A stretch of 58,965 nt of DNA, filler included, from Globobulimina sp. (lineage: Eukaryota): assembly GCA_003354225.1 (NCBI GenBank). It is 10 parts of 10 records of this genome, joined end to end, with 100 filler letters (N's around TTAATTAATTAA, not from the genome) between each part and the next. Parts side by side here need not be neighbours in the genome. Positions count along the whole stretch, not along the records: positions 23,664 to 29,472 come from PIVH01000436.1; positions 29,573 to 35,379 come from PIVH01000437.1; 8 more parts are not named here. One strand, written 5' to 3'. Under the pieces are notes generated by a model. The model had not been told where the DNA came from and ran no database searches. It worked only from the letters and a program-made list of their open reading frames with translations. Below, piece by piece: positions 23,667 to 33,146 of this stretch. Within the stretch, counting starts at the first letter, position 1; every line of letters starts with the position of its first letter. A program made the position numbers and the translations under genes.

Positions 23667-25295
23667 ATGAATATTCAAGAAGAAACATATTATATTTCAA
23701 CAAAACAACTATTATTACTTAAAAAATGGAGTATATTATTTGGTTGGTTAGGATTAAATACTTTGGCGTTTTACATACAATTATATCATTTTAAGTATTT
23801 GTATTTATTCATAGTCCCAATTGAACCAATTACAAAATTTTTACATTTATTAAATATTTATCGGTATTATTTGATGAAATTATTTAAAAAAATATTTAAA
23901 ATAGAAGAAAAACCAGAGTTTGATGATTATATTAATGATAAAATAGTATTTACGATAACGTGTTATACTGAATCATTTAATGAAATATACGGAACACTTG
24001 ATTCGTTATGTGATTCTATTATAGAAAGTAAAAAACAAAGTGTAATATTTGTAATATATGATGGATTATCAAAAGAAAAGGGAACAGATAAATATACTTG
24101 GGAATTAATTATGGAAAAAATGGAAATAAAAAATTATATAGAAGGTATTGATTATAATGAAAATTGGAAAAAAATACCAAATAAAATTAATATTGGTGTC
24201 TGTAAATATAGAGATTTAATAATTGTAAATATTATTAAACAAGTAAATCTTGGAAAAACAGATTCACTTACATTTACAAGAGATTTATTAACAGGTCATT
24301 TAAATAATAATATAACTGAAATATTAACAACAGAAATAAATAAAAATAATTTTGATATTAGTGATGTATATTATTGTGGTTCAATGGATGCTGATTGTTA
24401 TATTGATAAGGAAGCTGTTGGGAAATTACATTATGATATAAGTTTAAAAGATGTAGTTGGTGTTAGTGGAATTGTTTATCCGAGACAAGAACAAGTTGGT
24501 TTTTGGAGTATTTATCAATTTGCTGAATATTATAGTTCTCAATTATTAACAAGATTATCAATGAGTATTATGGGTAATGTAACTTGTTTGCCAGGAGCAT
24601 TAAATATATTTGATTTACATGGATATACGGATACAGTAAGAAATGAATTTTTATTATATCCGAATAAAAGAAATATGTGTAGAACATTATCAGTAGTAGT
24701 TGGTGAAGATAGAAGATTTACAGGATTGAGTTTATATAATAATTTAACTATGAGAACTATAATTAATACAGATGTTAAAATTTATACAACTGTTCCGGAT
24801 TCACTAAAACAAATGATAAGTCAGCGAAGAAGATGGTTGACTGCTTCTTGTATTAATGATTATTATGATGTAATTGGAACAAATATTAGATTAATTGTTA
24901 GAATAGAAGCAATTGGTAATTTAATTTCGCTTAGTTTGTATTTATTTGTTTATGTGATGCTTTTATCTTTCTTTATGGGATATATAGTTCCGTTTTATAA
25001 TGAACAACCATCCATTTATTTTTTAACAATAATGATAATAATAGGTTTATTTATTTTATATAAAATTATATTAGTATCAATACGAATTAAAGAAATTAGA
25101 AATAAATGTATATATATAGTTGGTGAAATATTATTTATATTCTTTGCTCATTTATTTGTTATTTTAATGTTATTTAAGTGTATTTTATCTCTTGATAATT
25201 TTGGATGGGGTAATGTTCATCAAAATGTTATAGAAGTTATAGAAGTTGTAGAAGTTGTAGTTGATAAAAATGAAAATATTGTAGAGTTAGATTAA
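23667..25295 (+). CDS. chs: Chitin synthase (GT2), compact type, probably giant-virus encoded
   Basis: TCYTES, KQVNLGKTDS, DADC, QFAEY, VTCLPG, GEDRR, QRRRW and C-terminal FGWG motifs; TM helices at both ends. The ATG is 3 nt from the contig edge, so the N-terminus may be incomplete. Confidence 0.92.
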   Translation: MNIQEETYYISTKQLLLLKKWSILFGWLGLNTLAFYIQLYHFKYLYLFIVPIEPITKFLHLLNIYRYYLMKLFKKIFKIEEKPEFDDYINDKIVFTITCYTESFNEIYGTLDSLCDSIIESKKQSVIFVIYDGLSKEKGTDKYTWELIMEKMEIKNYIEGIDYNENWKKIPNKINIGVCKYRDLIIVNIIKQVNLGKTDSLTFTRDLLTGHLNNNITEILTTEINKNNFDISDVYYCGSMDADCYIDKEAVGKLHYDISLKDVVGVSGIVYPRQEQVGFWSIYQFAEYYSSQLLTRLSMSIMGNVTCLPGALNIFDLHGYTDTVRNEFLLYPNKRNMCRTLSVVVGEDRRFTGLSLYNNLTMRTIINTDVKIYTTVPDSLKQMISQRRRWLTASCINDYYDVIGTNIRLIVRIEAIGNLISLSLYLFVYVMLLSFFMGYIVPFYNEQPSIYFLTIMIIIGLFILYKIILVSIRIKEIRNKCIYIVGEILFIFFAHLFVILMLFKCILSLDNFGWGNVHQNVIEVIEVVEVVVDKNENIVELD

Positions 25296-25355
25296 AATAT
25301 GGAGGGTATTATTACTAATAACAATGAAAATTAAAAAAAAAGTTTTTTCATGAAT

Positions 25356-25363
25356 AAAATTGA
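25356..25363 (+). promoter_or_regulatory. AAAATTGA Mimiviridae-type early promoter motif
   Basis: Exact octamer 36 nt upstream of the ATG at 25400. A second copy at 29310-29317 precedes the ORF at 29373. Chance occurrence is possible in such AT-rich DNA. Confidence 0.55.
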
Positions 25364-25399
25364 TTTTATTATGTATACTATATATATACTTAAATTACT

Positions 25400-27490
25400 A
25401 TGAATGATCAAGTTATAATTTCAAAATATAAACATTATAAACCAATTGAAGGAACAAAATATTTTAATTTACCACCAAAAGAAGGTTGTGTTTCAGTAAT
25501 TATACCATTTTATAATGAAAAAAGAAATGAATTACAAATAACATTAAAATCATTATACGAAGGTTTTAAATATTTAAGAACTATGGAAAATAAATGGGAT
25601 GATAAAGAATTAGTAAAAATAATGATAATCCAAGATGGTTGGTATAAAGCATCTGAATCAATGAAAGAATATTTAAAAGAATTATTCCCTAAAAAAATAG
25701 ATAATAAAGATTGGTGGGATTATTATAAAGAGTTTAGTGATTTTGATTATAAAATAGATGGGCCAACAACTTTTGTTTTTGAATGTAAAAAACAAATATG
25801 TATAAACCAAGATAAAATAGAAGATAATATTCAAAGACCAGTTTTTTGTAATATAACGATGGTTATAAAAATAGATAATAGAAAGAAACATAATTCTCAC
25901 GAATGGTTTATTGGTCGTTCAGGTTTTTCAGAAAGTATGAAATCTAAATATATGTTCTGTACAGATGCTTTTACAATATTTAATAAAACTTGTATATATC
26001 ATTTAATTAATCATATGGAAAAAAATCCGGAAACATCAGTATCAACAGGGAGGCAAAGAGTTATGACTCAAAAACAACAAGGAACTGATGAAAATTATTA
26101 TTCATTATCAACATTATTAAGATACGTTCAATTGTTTGATTTTGAAACTTCAAATGTTGTTTATAATGGTGCGTTTTCATTAGGAGGTTGTTTACCGGTT
26201 GTTCCTGGTCCTTGTGGAATGTATCGTTCAAGTGATATGTTACAAAATAATGTAAGAGATTGGTATTTTGATATTGTAAATGAAGAACCAAGTAATACAG
26301 GTTTAGTATTAGGGAATTTAAGAATAGCAGAAGATAGAATATTATCATATTCATCAGTATTAAAAACAGAAGAAGAACGAAATATGGCTTTTATTCCACT
26401 TGCTATTTTTTATTTTGAGGCAGAAACAGATCTTCAACAATTCTTATTACAAAGAAGAAGATGGATTAATGGTTCAGTAGCAGGATATATTTACTTATTA
26501 TTTTCAAAACCAGAACATATCTTAAAATGGAAAATAAATATATTTAGAAAATGTTATGTTTGGTTATTATTAATGTGTCAATTTATAACATATTTTATAG
26601 TTTCACTTGGGCCAGCATTTTCAATTAATATCTTTTATTATTCATTAGGTTATTCATTATCACATATATCAACAGATAATTATGATACTATACAAACATT
26701 TACAAATCTTGCAACATTGGGAGCTTGGTGTTTATTTATTTATCATATGCTTTCACATAGAAATAATAAATTTAATTATACTATCATATATACTTTATTA
26801 TTATTTTCATTTGTTACATCTTTATTGTCAATTATAGCATTAATATTTTATTTGAATACTTTTAATAATATACCTTTATTTTTCTTAGATACTTTATTAA
26901 GTGGTAATATTATTATATATTTAGTTCTGTTGGTATTTATAATGCCGTTTGTAGCTTCTTTGTTACTATCAGGAAGAGGTCATAGTTTCTTTTATATGTT
27001 AAAATCATTTCCTTGTTATTATTTATTTTCTCATATGTTAATATCTGGTTTTGGTAGTTATTCATTTGCCAGAACTTGGGATTTAACTTGGGGCAATCGT
27101 CCATCAAGTGAAACAACATCAACCAATATGACTATTGAGGAAATGAATATTGTTAAAGATAAATTTAAAGAAAAAAGTAGAAGTGGTATAGTAGTTATTA
27201 TAATTGCTAATTTAATATTATTCTTATTACCAAAAAATATACAAATGGGTTTCGTAGGTATTTTTTTCTTTGTTGCTTTTTTCCAATTATTTTTTTCATT
27301 TATTTATTTAATATTAAATTTTCCAGATAAGATGAAATACGTATATAGAAAATACATGATGGGTGAAATTGAAAATTCAAGTCAATTACGAGAAATTGAA
27401 TTACTTGATATAGAAAGTCATCAAGAAAATAATGGAGTTATAGATATTAATACGGAAAAAGTGGATAATGTGGAAATAGTAATCCAGTAA
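25400..27490 (+). CDS. chs: Chitin synthase (GT2), fungal division-1/oomycete-like type
   Basis: PFYNE, QDGW, KIDNRKKHNSHEWF, VVPGPCGMYR, NLRIAEDRIL, ETD...QRRRWING and TWGNR; multiple C-terminal TM helices; intronless. Confidence 0.92.
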   Translation: MNDQVIISKYKHYKPIEGTKYFNLPPKEGCVSVIIPFYNEKRNELQITLKSLYEGFKYLRTMENKWDDKELVKIMIIQDGWYKASESMKEYLKELFPKKIDNKDWWDYYKEFSDFDYKIDGPTTFVFECKKQICINQDKIEDNIQRPVFCNITMVIKIDNRKKHNSHEWFIGRSGFSESMKSKYMFCTDAFTIFNKTCIYHLINHMEKNPETSVSTGRQRVMTQKQQGTDENYYSLSTLLRYVQLFDFETSNVVYNGAFSLGGCLPVVPGPCGMYRSSDMLQNNVRDWYFDIVNEEPSNTGLVLGNLRIAEDRILSYSSVLKTEEERNMAFIPLAIFYFEAETDLQQFLLQRRRWINGSVAGYIYLLFSKPEHILKWKINIFRKCYVWLLLMCQFITYFIVSLGPAFSINIFYYSLGYSLSHISTDNYDTIQTFTNLATLGAWCLFIYHMLSHRNNKFNYTIIYTLLLFSFVTSLLSIIALIFYLNTFNNIPLFFLDTLLSGNIIIYLVLLVFIMPFVASLLLSGRGHSFFYMLKSFPCYYLFSHMLISGFGSYSFARTWDLTWGNRPSSETTSTNMTIEEMNIVKDKFKEKSRSGIVVIIIANLILFLLPKNIQMGFVGIFFFVAFFQLFFSFIYLILNFPDKMKYVYRKYMMGEIENSSQLREIELLDIESHQENNGVIDINTEKVDNVEIVIQ

Positions 27491-27519
27491 AAAGTTTTTC
27501 TTTTAATAAAATTAACCTT

Positions 27520-27554
27520 CATTTTATTTGTTTATAGAATATATACAAATAATG
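27520..27554 (+). terminator. AT-rich hairpin between chs2 and chitinase, candidate giant-virus-type 3'-end signal
   Basis: TTATTTGT-t-TATA-gaa-TATA-t-ACAAATAA (27524-27552) forms a 12-bp stem with one mismatch and a 3-nt loop, 33 nt after the chs2 stop. Confidence 0.35.
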
Positions 27555-29321
27555 AAATTACAAATTACTTTAGAATCTACAAAAAATTGGGGTAATTCTG
27601 GAAATGGAGTAATGAAAATAACAAACGAAAGTGAAGAAGATATAGAAGGTTGGCAATTTAAAATAGAAACAAAAAACTTTAATATTAGTCAATTTTGGAA
27701 CTTTAATTACTCCAATGATGAAGTTACTTCAAAAGATTGGAATAAAAAAATCGTTTCAAAACAAACAATTGAATCAGATTTTGCATATTCTGGAAGTAAT
27801 ATATTTGAAGCAAGTTCTTCAACCGAAGGTATAACACTTGAAACAAAAAATACAATACCAACAGAAGAACCAATACCAGAAGAAAACATTGATATGGTAA
27901 TAAAAGATCCATTAAAAACAAAAAAAGTAATATTTGGTTATTATGCTGAATGGAGTATTTATCAAAAAGAGTTTAGTGTTGAGCTAATACCAGTTCATAA
28001 TTTAACTCATATCGTTTATGCTTTTATGTTACCGAATCCAAGTCAATCAGATTTAGATAAATTAACAGCAAAATATCCATTTCCGCCTTTACCATATAGA
28101 GCACCACCAGTAGTTCCGGAAGCAGCTTTAGTATTTCACGATGAATCGGCAGCAATATTAAATATATCAAAATTAAAAAGTTTAAAACAGAAAAATCCAC
28201 ATATTAAGTTATTAATGTCTATTGGTGGATGGACATTATCTTGGACATTTTCAAAAATAGCAGCAGATCCATTATTAAGAAAAGAATTAATAGATTCGTC
28301 TATTAAGTTTATAATAGATAATGGTTTTGATGGGATTGACATTGATTGGGAATTTGTTGGTAAACAAGGCATGTCTTATAATAATGTAGATATAGAAAAT
28401 GATGGTTCAAATTTTGTTATCTTATTAAAAGAATTAAGAGAAGCATTAGATATTGCTTCACCAAGTAAACATTTAGAAATAACAGCAGCAACTGGTTGTA
28501 ATCCGGTTGTTATTGCTAATTATGATGGAACAGAACCATATATTGATTATATATCATTAATGACATATGATTTCACAGGAGGTTGGGATACAATGGGAGG
28601 TCATTTAAGTGGAATATATAATAATCCAAAGGGAGCAATAGATAAAAGTTTCAATGTTGATTCAGCAGTTAAAAATACATTAAAAATTGGTTATCCACCA
28701 GAAAAAATTTGTATAGGTTGTCCTTTTTATGGTCGTGGATGGGAAAAAGTAACACCAGAAGATCCAGAAAATCCTATTTTTGGCAAAGCTTCAGCTCCAG
28801 CAGTTACTATTAGTGGAGATTATGGAGAACCAGGATTATCTTCTTGGAGAGATATTAGAGATGCTATTAATAAGGGAGATTATAAAGTATATGAAGACCC
28901 TATCTCAAAAGCAGCTTATTGTGTAGATAAAAATGGAAAAACTTGGTCTTATGATAGTCCAAAAACAGCACAATATAAAGCTGAATATATAAATAAAAAT
29001 AATTTAGCTGGTATAATAGTTTGGGAATTATCTGATGATACGAGAGATGGAAAAGATAATATTTTAGATACTATTATTAAAACATTGTCAATGGAAGGAG
29101 AGGAAGAAAAAGAGGATGAATCTGATATAGAAGACATTGATGAAGAAATCCCAATTGAACCTATGCCAGAACCTATGCCAGAACCTATGCCAGAACCTAT
29201 GCCAGAACCTATGCCAGAACCAGAATATGATAATTTAAGTGTATCTATTAAAAATGAAGGAACAATAGATATTATAATTAAACCAGGACAAACTATTAAA
29301 TTAACTTGTAAAATTGAATAA
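27552..29321 (+). CDS. GH18 chitinase with N-terminal CBM2-like module and C-terminal acidic/Pro-rich linker
   Basis: GYYAEW, SIGGW, intact catalytic FDGIDIDWE (DxxDxDxE), MTYDF, GCPFYGRGW, SYDSP and WELSDD. N-terminal W-GNSG...KITN...IEGWQF...FWN...DWN pattern of CBM2. Probable start is ATG 27552 rather than TTG 27528. Confidence 0.95.
   Translation: MKLQITLESTKNWGNSGNGVMKITNESEEDIEGWQFKIETKNFNISQFWNFNYSNDEVTSKDWNKKIVSKQTIESDFAYSGSNIFEASSSTEGITLETKNTIPTEEPIPEENIDMVIKDPLKTKKVIFGYYAEWSIYQKEFSVELIPVHNLTHIVYAFMLPNPSQSDLDKLTAKYPFPPLPYRAPPVVPEAALVFHDESAAILNISKLKSLKQKNPHIKLLMSIGGWTLSWTFSKIAADPLLRKELIDSSIKFIIDNGFDGIDIDWEFVGKQGMSYNNVDIENDGSNFVILLKELREALDIASPSKHLEITAATGCNPVVIANYDGTEPYIDYISLMTYDFTGGWDTMGGHLSGIYNNPKGAIDKSFNVDSAVKNTLKIGYPPEKICIGCPFYGRGWEKVTPEDPENPIFGKASAPAVTISGDYGEPGLSSWRDIRDAINKGDYKVYEDPISKAAYCVDKNGKTWSYDSPKTAQYKAEYINKNNLAGIIVWELSDDTRDGKDNILDTIIKTLSMEGEEEKEDESDIEDIDEEIPIEPMPEPMPEPMPEPMPEPMPEPEYDNLSVSIKNEGTIDIIIKPGQTIKLTCKIE
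29157..29216 (+). repeat. Coding tandem repeat (GAACCTATGCCA)x5 = (EPMP)5
   Basis: Five perfect 12-bp units in the chitinase linker. Confidence 0.95.
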
Positions 29322-29372
29322 ATATTTTTTAGAAAAATTAAAAATAATTTAAAATATATATATATATATATA

Positions 29373-29472
29373 ATGAATAAAATATTTCAAAGAACAATCA
29401 AAAGAAGTTTTGTTGATAGACGATTAATTAATCCTATGTATAAACATTATCAATTAGATACTATGAGACAAC
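29373..29472 (+). CDS. Partial ORF of unknown function (MNKIFQRTIKRSFVDRR...), truncated at contig end
   Basis: ATG after a (TA)n run and 55 nt after AAAATTGA; open to the gap. Confidence 0.45.
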
Positions 29473-29572
29473 NNNNNNNNNNNNNNNNNNNNNNNNNNNN
29501 NNNNNNNNNNNNNNNNTTAATTAATTAANNNNNNNNNNNNNNNNNNNNNNNNNNNNNNNNNNNNNNNNNNNN
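29473..29572. other. Artificial contig linker
   Basis: N44-TTAATTAATTAA-N44. Confidence 0.99.
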
Positions 29573-30265
29573 TTTACTTTTCATGTCAACAATTTTTTCA
29601 AATAAACTTACATCATATAATATCTTATCTTGATTGCACAACAAATCCAATTTATCTTTAGCAACGTTCGAGAGTTTATCGTTGCGGAGTAACAATTTTT
29701 TATCGGACAAACGCTGATATATTTTATTTTGCATTTGTGCGATTAACGTTTGACCCAATAATTTATATCCGAGAATAAAATAAATCTCCATTATGTTATC
29801 ATACGTATCGTCATCCAAACCAGTAAATAAAAGTGCATTATCAAAGGAGTAATCAGATATCAATTCGATCAACGTTTGATTGGTTGTTGCTTGCTTCAAT
29901 TTCCATTTCTGAAACAGTGATAATCCATTTGATAAATGCTCAGAAAGTCGAATTTGCGGTCGTATGGTTTGTGTCGTTGTGGGTGAAGGCAATAATGATG
30001 CCAACCACTTTAAATTCCATATTAGATTGCTATCATTATCACCATACATATTATAGAATTCATTCACGATTTCATCGATTAATTGATGTTTAGGCCTTTC
30101 GTTGATTGTAAAACTGGAACATGTGAATATTTTGTGCATAGATTTTAACAGAACATTTTTATGCTGGTCCGCATAGAATTTACTTGTTTTGTTAAAATCA
30201 ATGGATGCCCCGGAAATAGTGACATAAATTGACACAAAAAGAATGAAAGGCTGAACAAACGACAT
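29573..30265 (-). CDS. Hypothetical secreted protein, 3' truncated
   Basis: ATG 30265 gives signal-peptide-like MSFVQPFILFVSIYVTISG; open to the gap. Confidence 0.6.
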
Positions 30266-30321
30266 GAGATGAGTTTTCAAGCAAAACTTGTTTCAGTTAG
30301 AAAGTTTCCACTGTACTTTAG

Positions 30322-32547
30322 ATGGCAGAAGAAAAAGCAGCTATACATAATGACGGTTTGTTTATACATGGATGCCGTCAACAACACATTATTCACTGTG
30401 TCACTTGCGATGAAGGTGCCATTGTAAATGAGCAAGATTTAAGAAGAAGAGTGCCTGAGAATGAAGTCAAAAACGAAGATATCATAAAATGTATTGCATA
30501 TTTACATGCCTCATTCGAATACAAGGATGGAAACAATGTGTACCAACATCACGTATACGGCACAGGCACAGTAATTGATGTCGCAGCTGATGGCACTTCC
30601 TATGTACTAACCTCTGCCAGCAATATCAGACAACGTATTTACAATTGTCCAAACTGTAAGAAATATATATATGGCAAGCAAGATCATCAACAATGTGTGT
30701 CTAAGGATATTGCATTCGGCAAAGCTACAACAATGGTTAAAGCATTCAACATTAATTTTAAGAGGAAATCCTGCGTTGAAACATATAGTTTATATATCTC
30801 AGGCCGTGGACAAAAAACCACAGAATGGGTTTATTATGGCGATAACCAGCAAATATATTCATGTGATACGCAAAATATATGCATTGACGATGCGAATTAT
30901 GAAAGTGTTCCCAGTGCCGCTGGTGGCTATGATTTGGCAGTTATTACTTTCATGGATAAAACAAAATATTATCTCGATTTTAGTAAAAACGTTAAGTTCC
31001 AACCTGGCAAATATACCATAACCAAATTGAATGAGTTTAGTATTTGGGGGTTCCCGCGGGATATATTAAAGGAGAGAGCAGCACAAGATATTGAAGAAAA
31101 GGAGAAAGAAAATGAAGAAACGGAGAAACAGCAACAACAACAACAAGAAGCTGAGGATGAGAGTGAGAGTGAGAGTGAAGATGACAGCGAAGATGAGAGT
31201 GACTCCGAGAGTGACTCTGAGAGCGATTCTGAGGATGAGGAGGAAGAAGAAGTGTTAGCTATGGAAGATAAAATGGAAGAAATAGATGTGGACGAACAAG
31301 GTGGATTATATGGTATGAAATGCTGCGGTATTGAGGGCAAAGTCGCTTTCCCTATACATGCAGTGACAAATATGACTTATTTTACACAATGGAGCATCGA
31401 TGCGAGTGCTGGTCAAAATGGGTCTGTTATATGGTGTAAAAAAGACAATGCAGCGCTTGTCTGTGGTATTCATACTGGCAGTCAATGCAACGCTGTGCAA
31501 CAAACCATAAATGTTGGCCTACTCTTTACTGATTATACGATACAGAAAATTAATAACTTCATCACCAGCGAGAACAAAATGGATCAAGATGAGAAAAGGA
31601 ATAATTTTGAATTTGATGGGAGGAAAAAAATATGTGATACAATCAACAGAAAGGATGGCATTATTAAATGCATTGGAATGCTGGAAATGCGGTACAGATT
31701 AAAACACAGTGAAATAAAAACTATCTGCACTGCGACAGTAATCCATATGGATAACAATGGGAATATTTATATTTTAACTGCAGCGTCACAGATTTTGTTA
31801 GCTGAGCGAGAATGTCGCAAATGCAAAGCAAAGATATTAGCTCGGAAATGTAGTAAATGTGGTTCGAATAAAACAAAATCAACAGGAAAGAATATGGAGC
31901 CGGCGGTTATTTTTTTTTATAGGAAGTGTAATGAAAAAAATGTCAAAAAATATGAATTTGGGGAGACTTGCGATATTTATGCAGTTAGCAGTTATAGGTT
32001 TTGTGATGGATTTGAGATTGGAAAGAAGAATATTGATGCAACAGAGGGGTTCGATATTGCTGTTTGTGTGGCAAAGTGTACTGACGCAGAGGGCAGGAAT
32101 ATGTATGCAAAATGTTGTCAACATATATATTTAGCTCGGGATGCAAAGTTGGGAGGAGATAAATGCATTTTATATCTGTATGGTTATGCGAAAGAGAAAC
32201 AGGATGGAGGGGCAATGCGCGATTATTTGTGTGGAATGAGTAATAGTATGTACTTTGATAATATTAAAACTGTAGCAAATGATAACAGTAAGAAGTTGTA
32301 TATTGAGAATAAAGAGATTTTTACGTCAGATGGACAGGCGGGAGGTTGTATATATTCATATTGGGGGAATAATATCCATAGTGATAAATATTTAATATAT
32401 GGAGTCCATGTCGCTGCATCAAAAAAGAAAAAGAATCAAAGATATGGAACGTTTCTTGATATTGATAATATTGAATGGATTAAAAATGTATTTGTTCAGT
32501 TTAACGTAAAAAATATATCTGACAAATTTATTGACAATATTTTGTAA
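30322..32547 (+). CDS. Tandem trypsin-fold (V8-like) protease homologue; both domains lack catalytic His and Ser
   Basis: Domain 1: GTGTVI...LTSASN...DLAVI...DASAGQNGS...GIHTG. Domain 2: CTATVI...LTAASQ...DIAVC...TSDGQAGG...GVHVA. Both have CxxC insertions. Confidence 0.75.
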   Translation: MAEEKAAIHNDGLFIHGCRQQHIIHCVTCDEGAIVNEQDLRRRVPENEVKNEDIIKCIAYLHASFEYKDGNNVYQHHVYGTGTVIDVAADGTSYVLTSASNIRQRIYNCPNCKKYIYGKQDHQQCVSKDIAFGKATTMVKAFNINFKRKSCVETYSLYISGRGQKTTEWVYYGDNQQIYSCDTQNICIDDANYESVPSAAGGYDLAVITFMDKTKYYLDFSKNVKFQPGKYTITKLNEFSIWGFPRDILKERAAQDIEEKEKENEETEKQQQQQQEAEDESESESEDDSEDESDSESDSESDSEDEEEEEVLAMEDKMEEIDVDEQGGLYGMKCCGIEGKVAFPIHAVTNMTYFTQWSIDASAGQNGSVIWCKKDNAALVCGIHTGSQCNAVQQTINVGLLFTDYTIQKINNFITSENKMDQDEKRNNFEFDGRKKICDTINRKDGIIKCIGMLEMRYRLKHSEIKTICTATVIHMDNNGNIYILTAASQILLAERECRKCKAKILARKCSKCGSNKTKSTGKNMEPAVIFFYRKCNEKNVKKYEFGETCDIYAVSSYRFCDGFEIGKKNIDATEGFDIAVCVAKCTDAEGRNMYAKCCQHIYLARDAKLGGDKCILYLYGYAKEKQDGGAMRDYLCGMSNSMYFDNIKTVANDNSKKLYIENKEIFTSDGQAGGCIYSYWGNNIHSDKYLIYGVHVAASKKKKNQRYGTFLDIDNIEWIKNVFVQFNVKNISDKFIDNIL

Positions 32548-32579
32548 TCGTAGTGTTTTGAAGACTTTGTGTAAAATTA

Positions 32580-33080
32580 ATGATGTCTTCTTTGGGCATA
32601 TTACGTCTTTTGTGTGGCGGTCATCAAGTATCTGTTAGAAATATGTCATATCGCCAATCAAAAATATTATTATTGAGTTATCGACAGTATGAAGGAAAAC
32701 CATTTGATCAAAGGAGCAAAAATTGGATGGAGGAGCAGGAGAAAAATCGTGAATACGACATTGATCAAAACATATATGACTTTCGAAGAAAAGAGGAACT
32801 AAAAATGAAAAATAATTTTTTTCAAAATAAGCAATCAAAAATATATCAAAAACACAGACAGAAAATGGAAAGGGAATATCGAATAAATGAGCAATGGAGA
32901 CAACAAAGAGAAACACAACGAGCAAAGGACAATAATGTACATAATTTTTCCTTTTATGTAACTGATGCTGATATGAAACAAAGTAGCACCAATTCTGGGA
33001 ATAGTAATACAATGAAATATGCTCTGATTGGTGGTGCTGGAGCGATTGCCATCGGATGTTTATTGCTCGCAGCAAAGTAA
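32580..33080 (+). CDS. Hypothetical protein with charged coiled coil and C-terminal TM anchor
   Basis: 166-aa ORF; basic/hydroxyl-rich N-terminus resembling a mitochondrial presequence; hydrophobic tail ALIGGAGAIAIGCLLLAAK. Confidence 0.55.
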   Translation: MMSSLGILRLLCGGHQVSVRNMSYRQSKILLLSYRQYEGKPFDQRSKNWMEEQEKNREYDIDQNIYDFRRKEELKMKNNFFQNKQSKIYQKHRQKMEREYRINEQWRQQRETQRAKDNNVHNFSFYVTDADMKQSSTNSGNSNTMKYALIGGAGAIAIGCLLLAAK

Positions 33081-33146
33081 AATTAATCAACCTAAGTATT
33101 TGCTATTTTATCCTTGCACAACGCAAACATATCAATTTGATTATTT

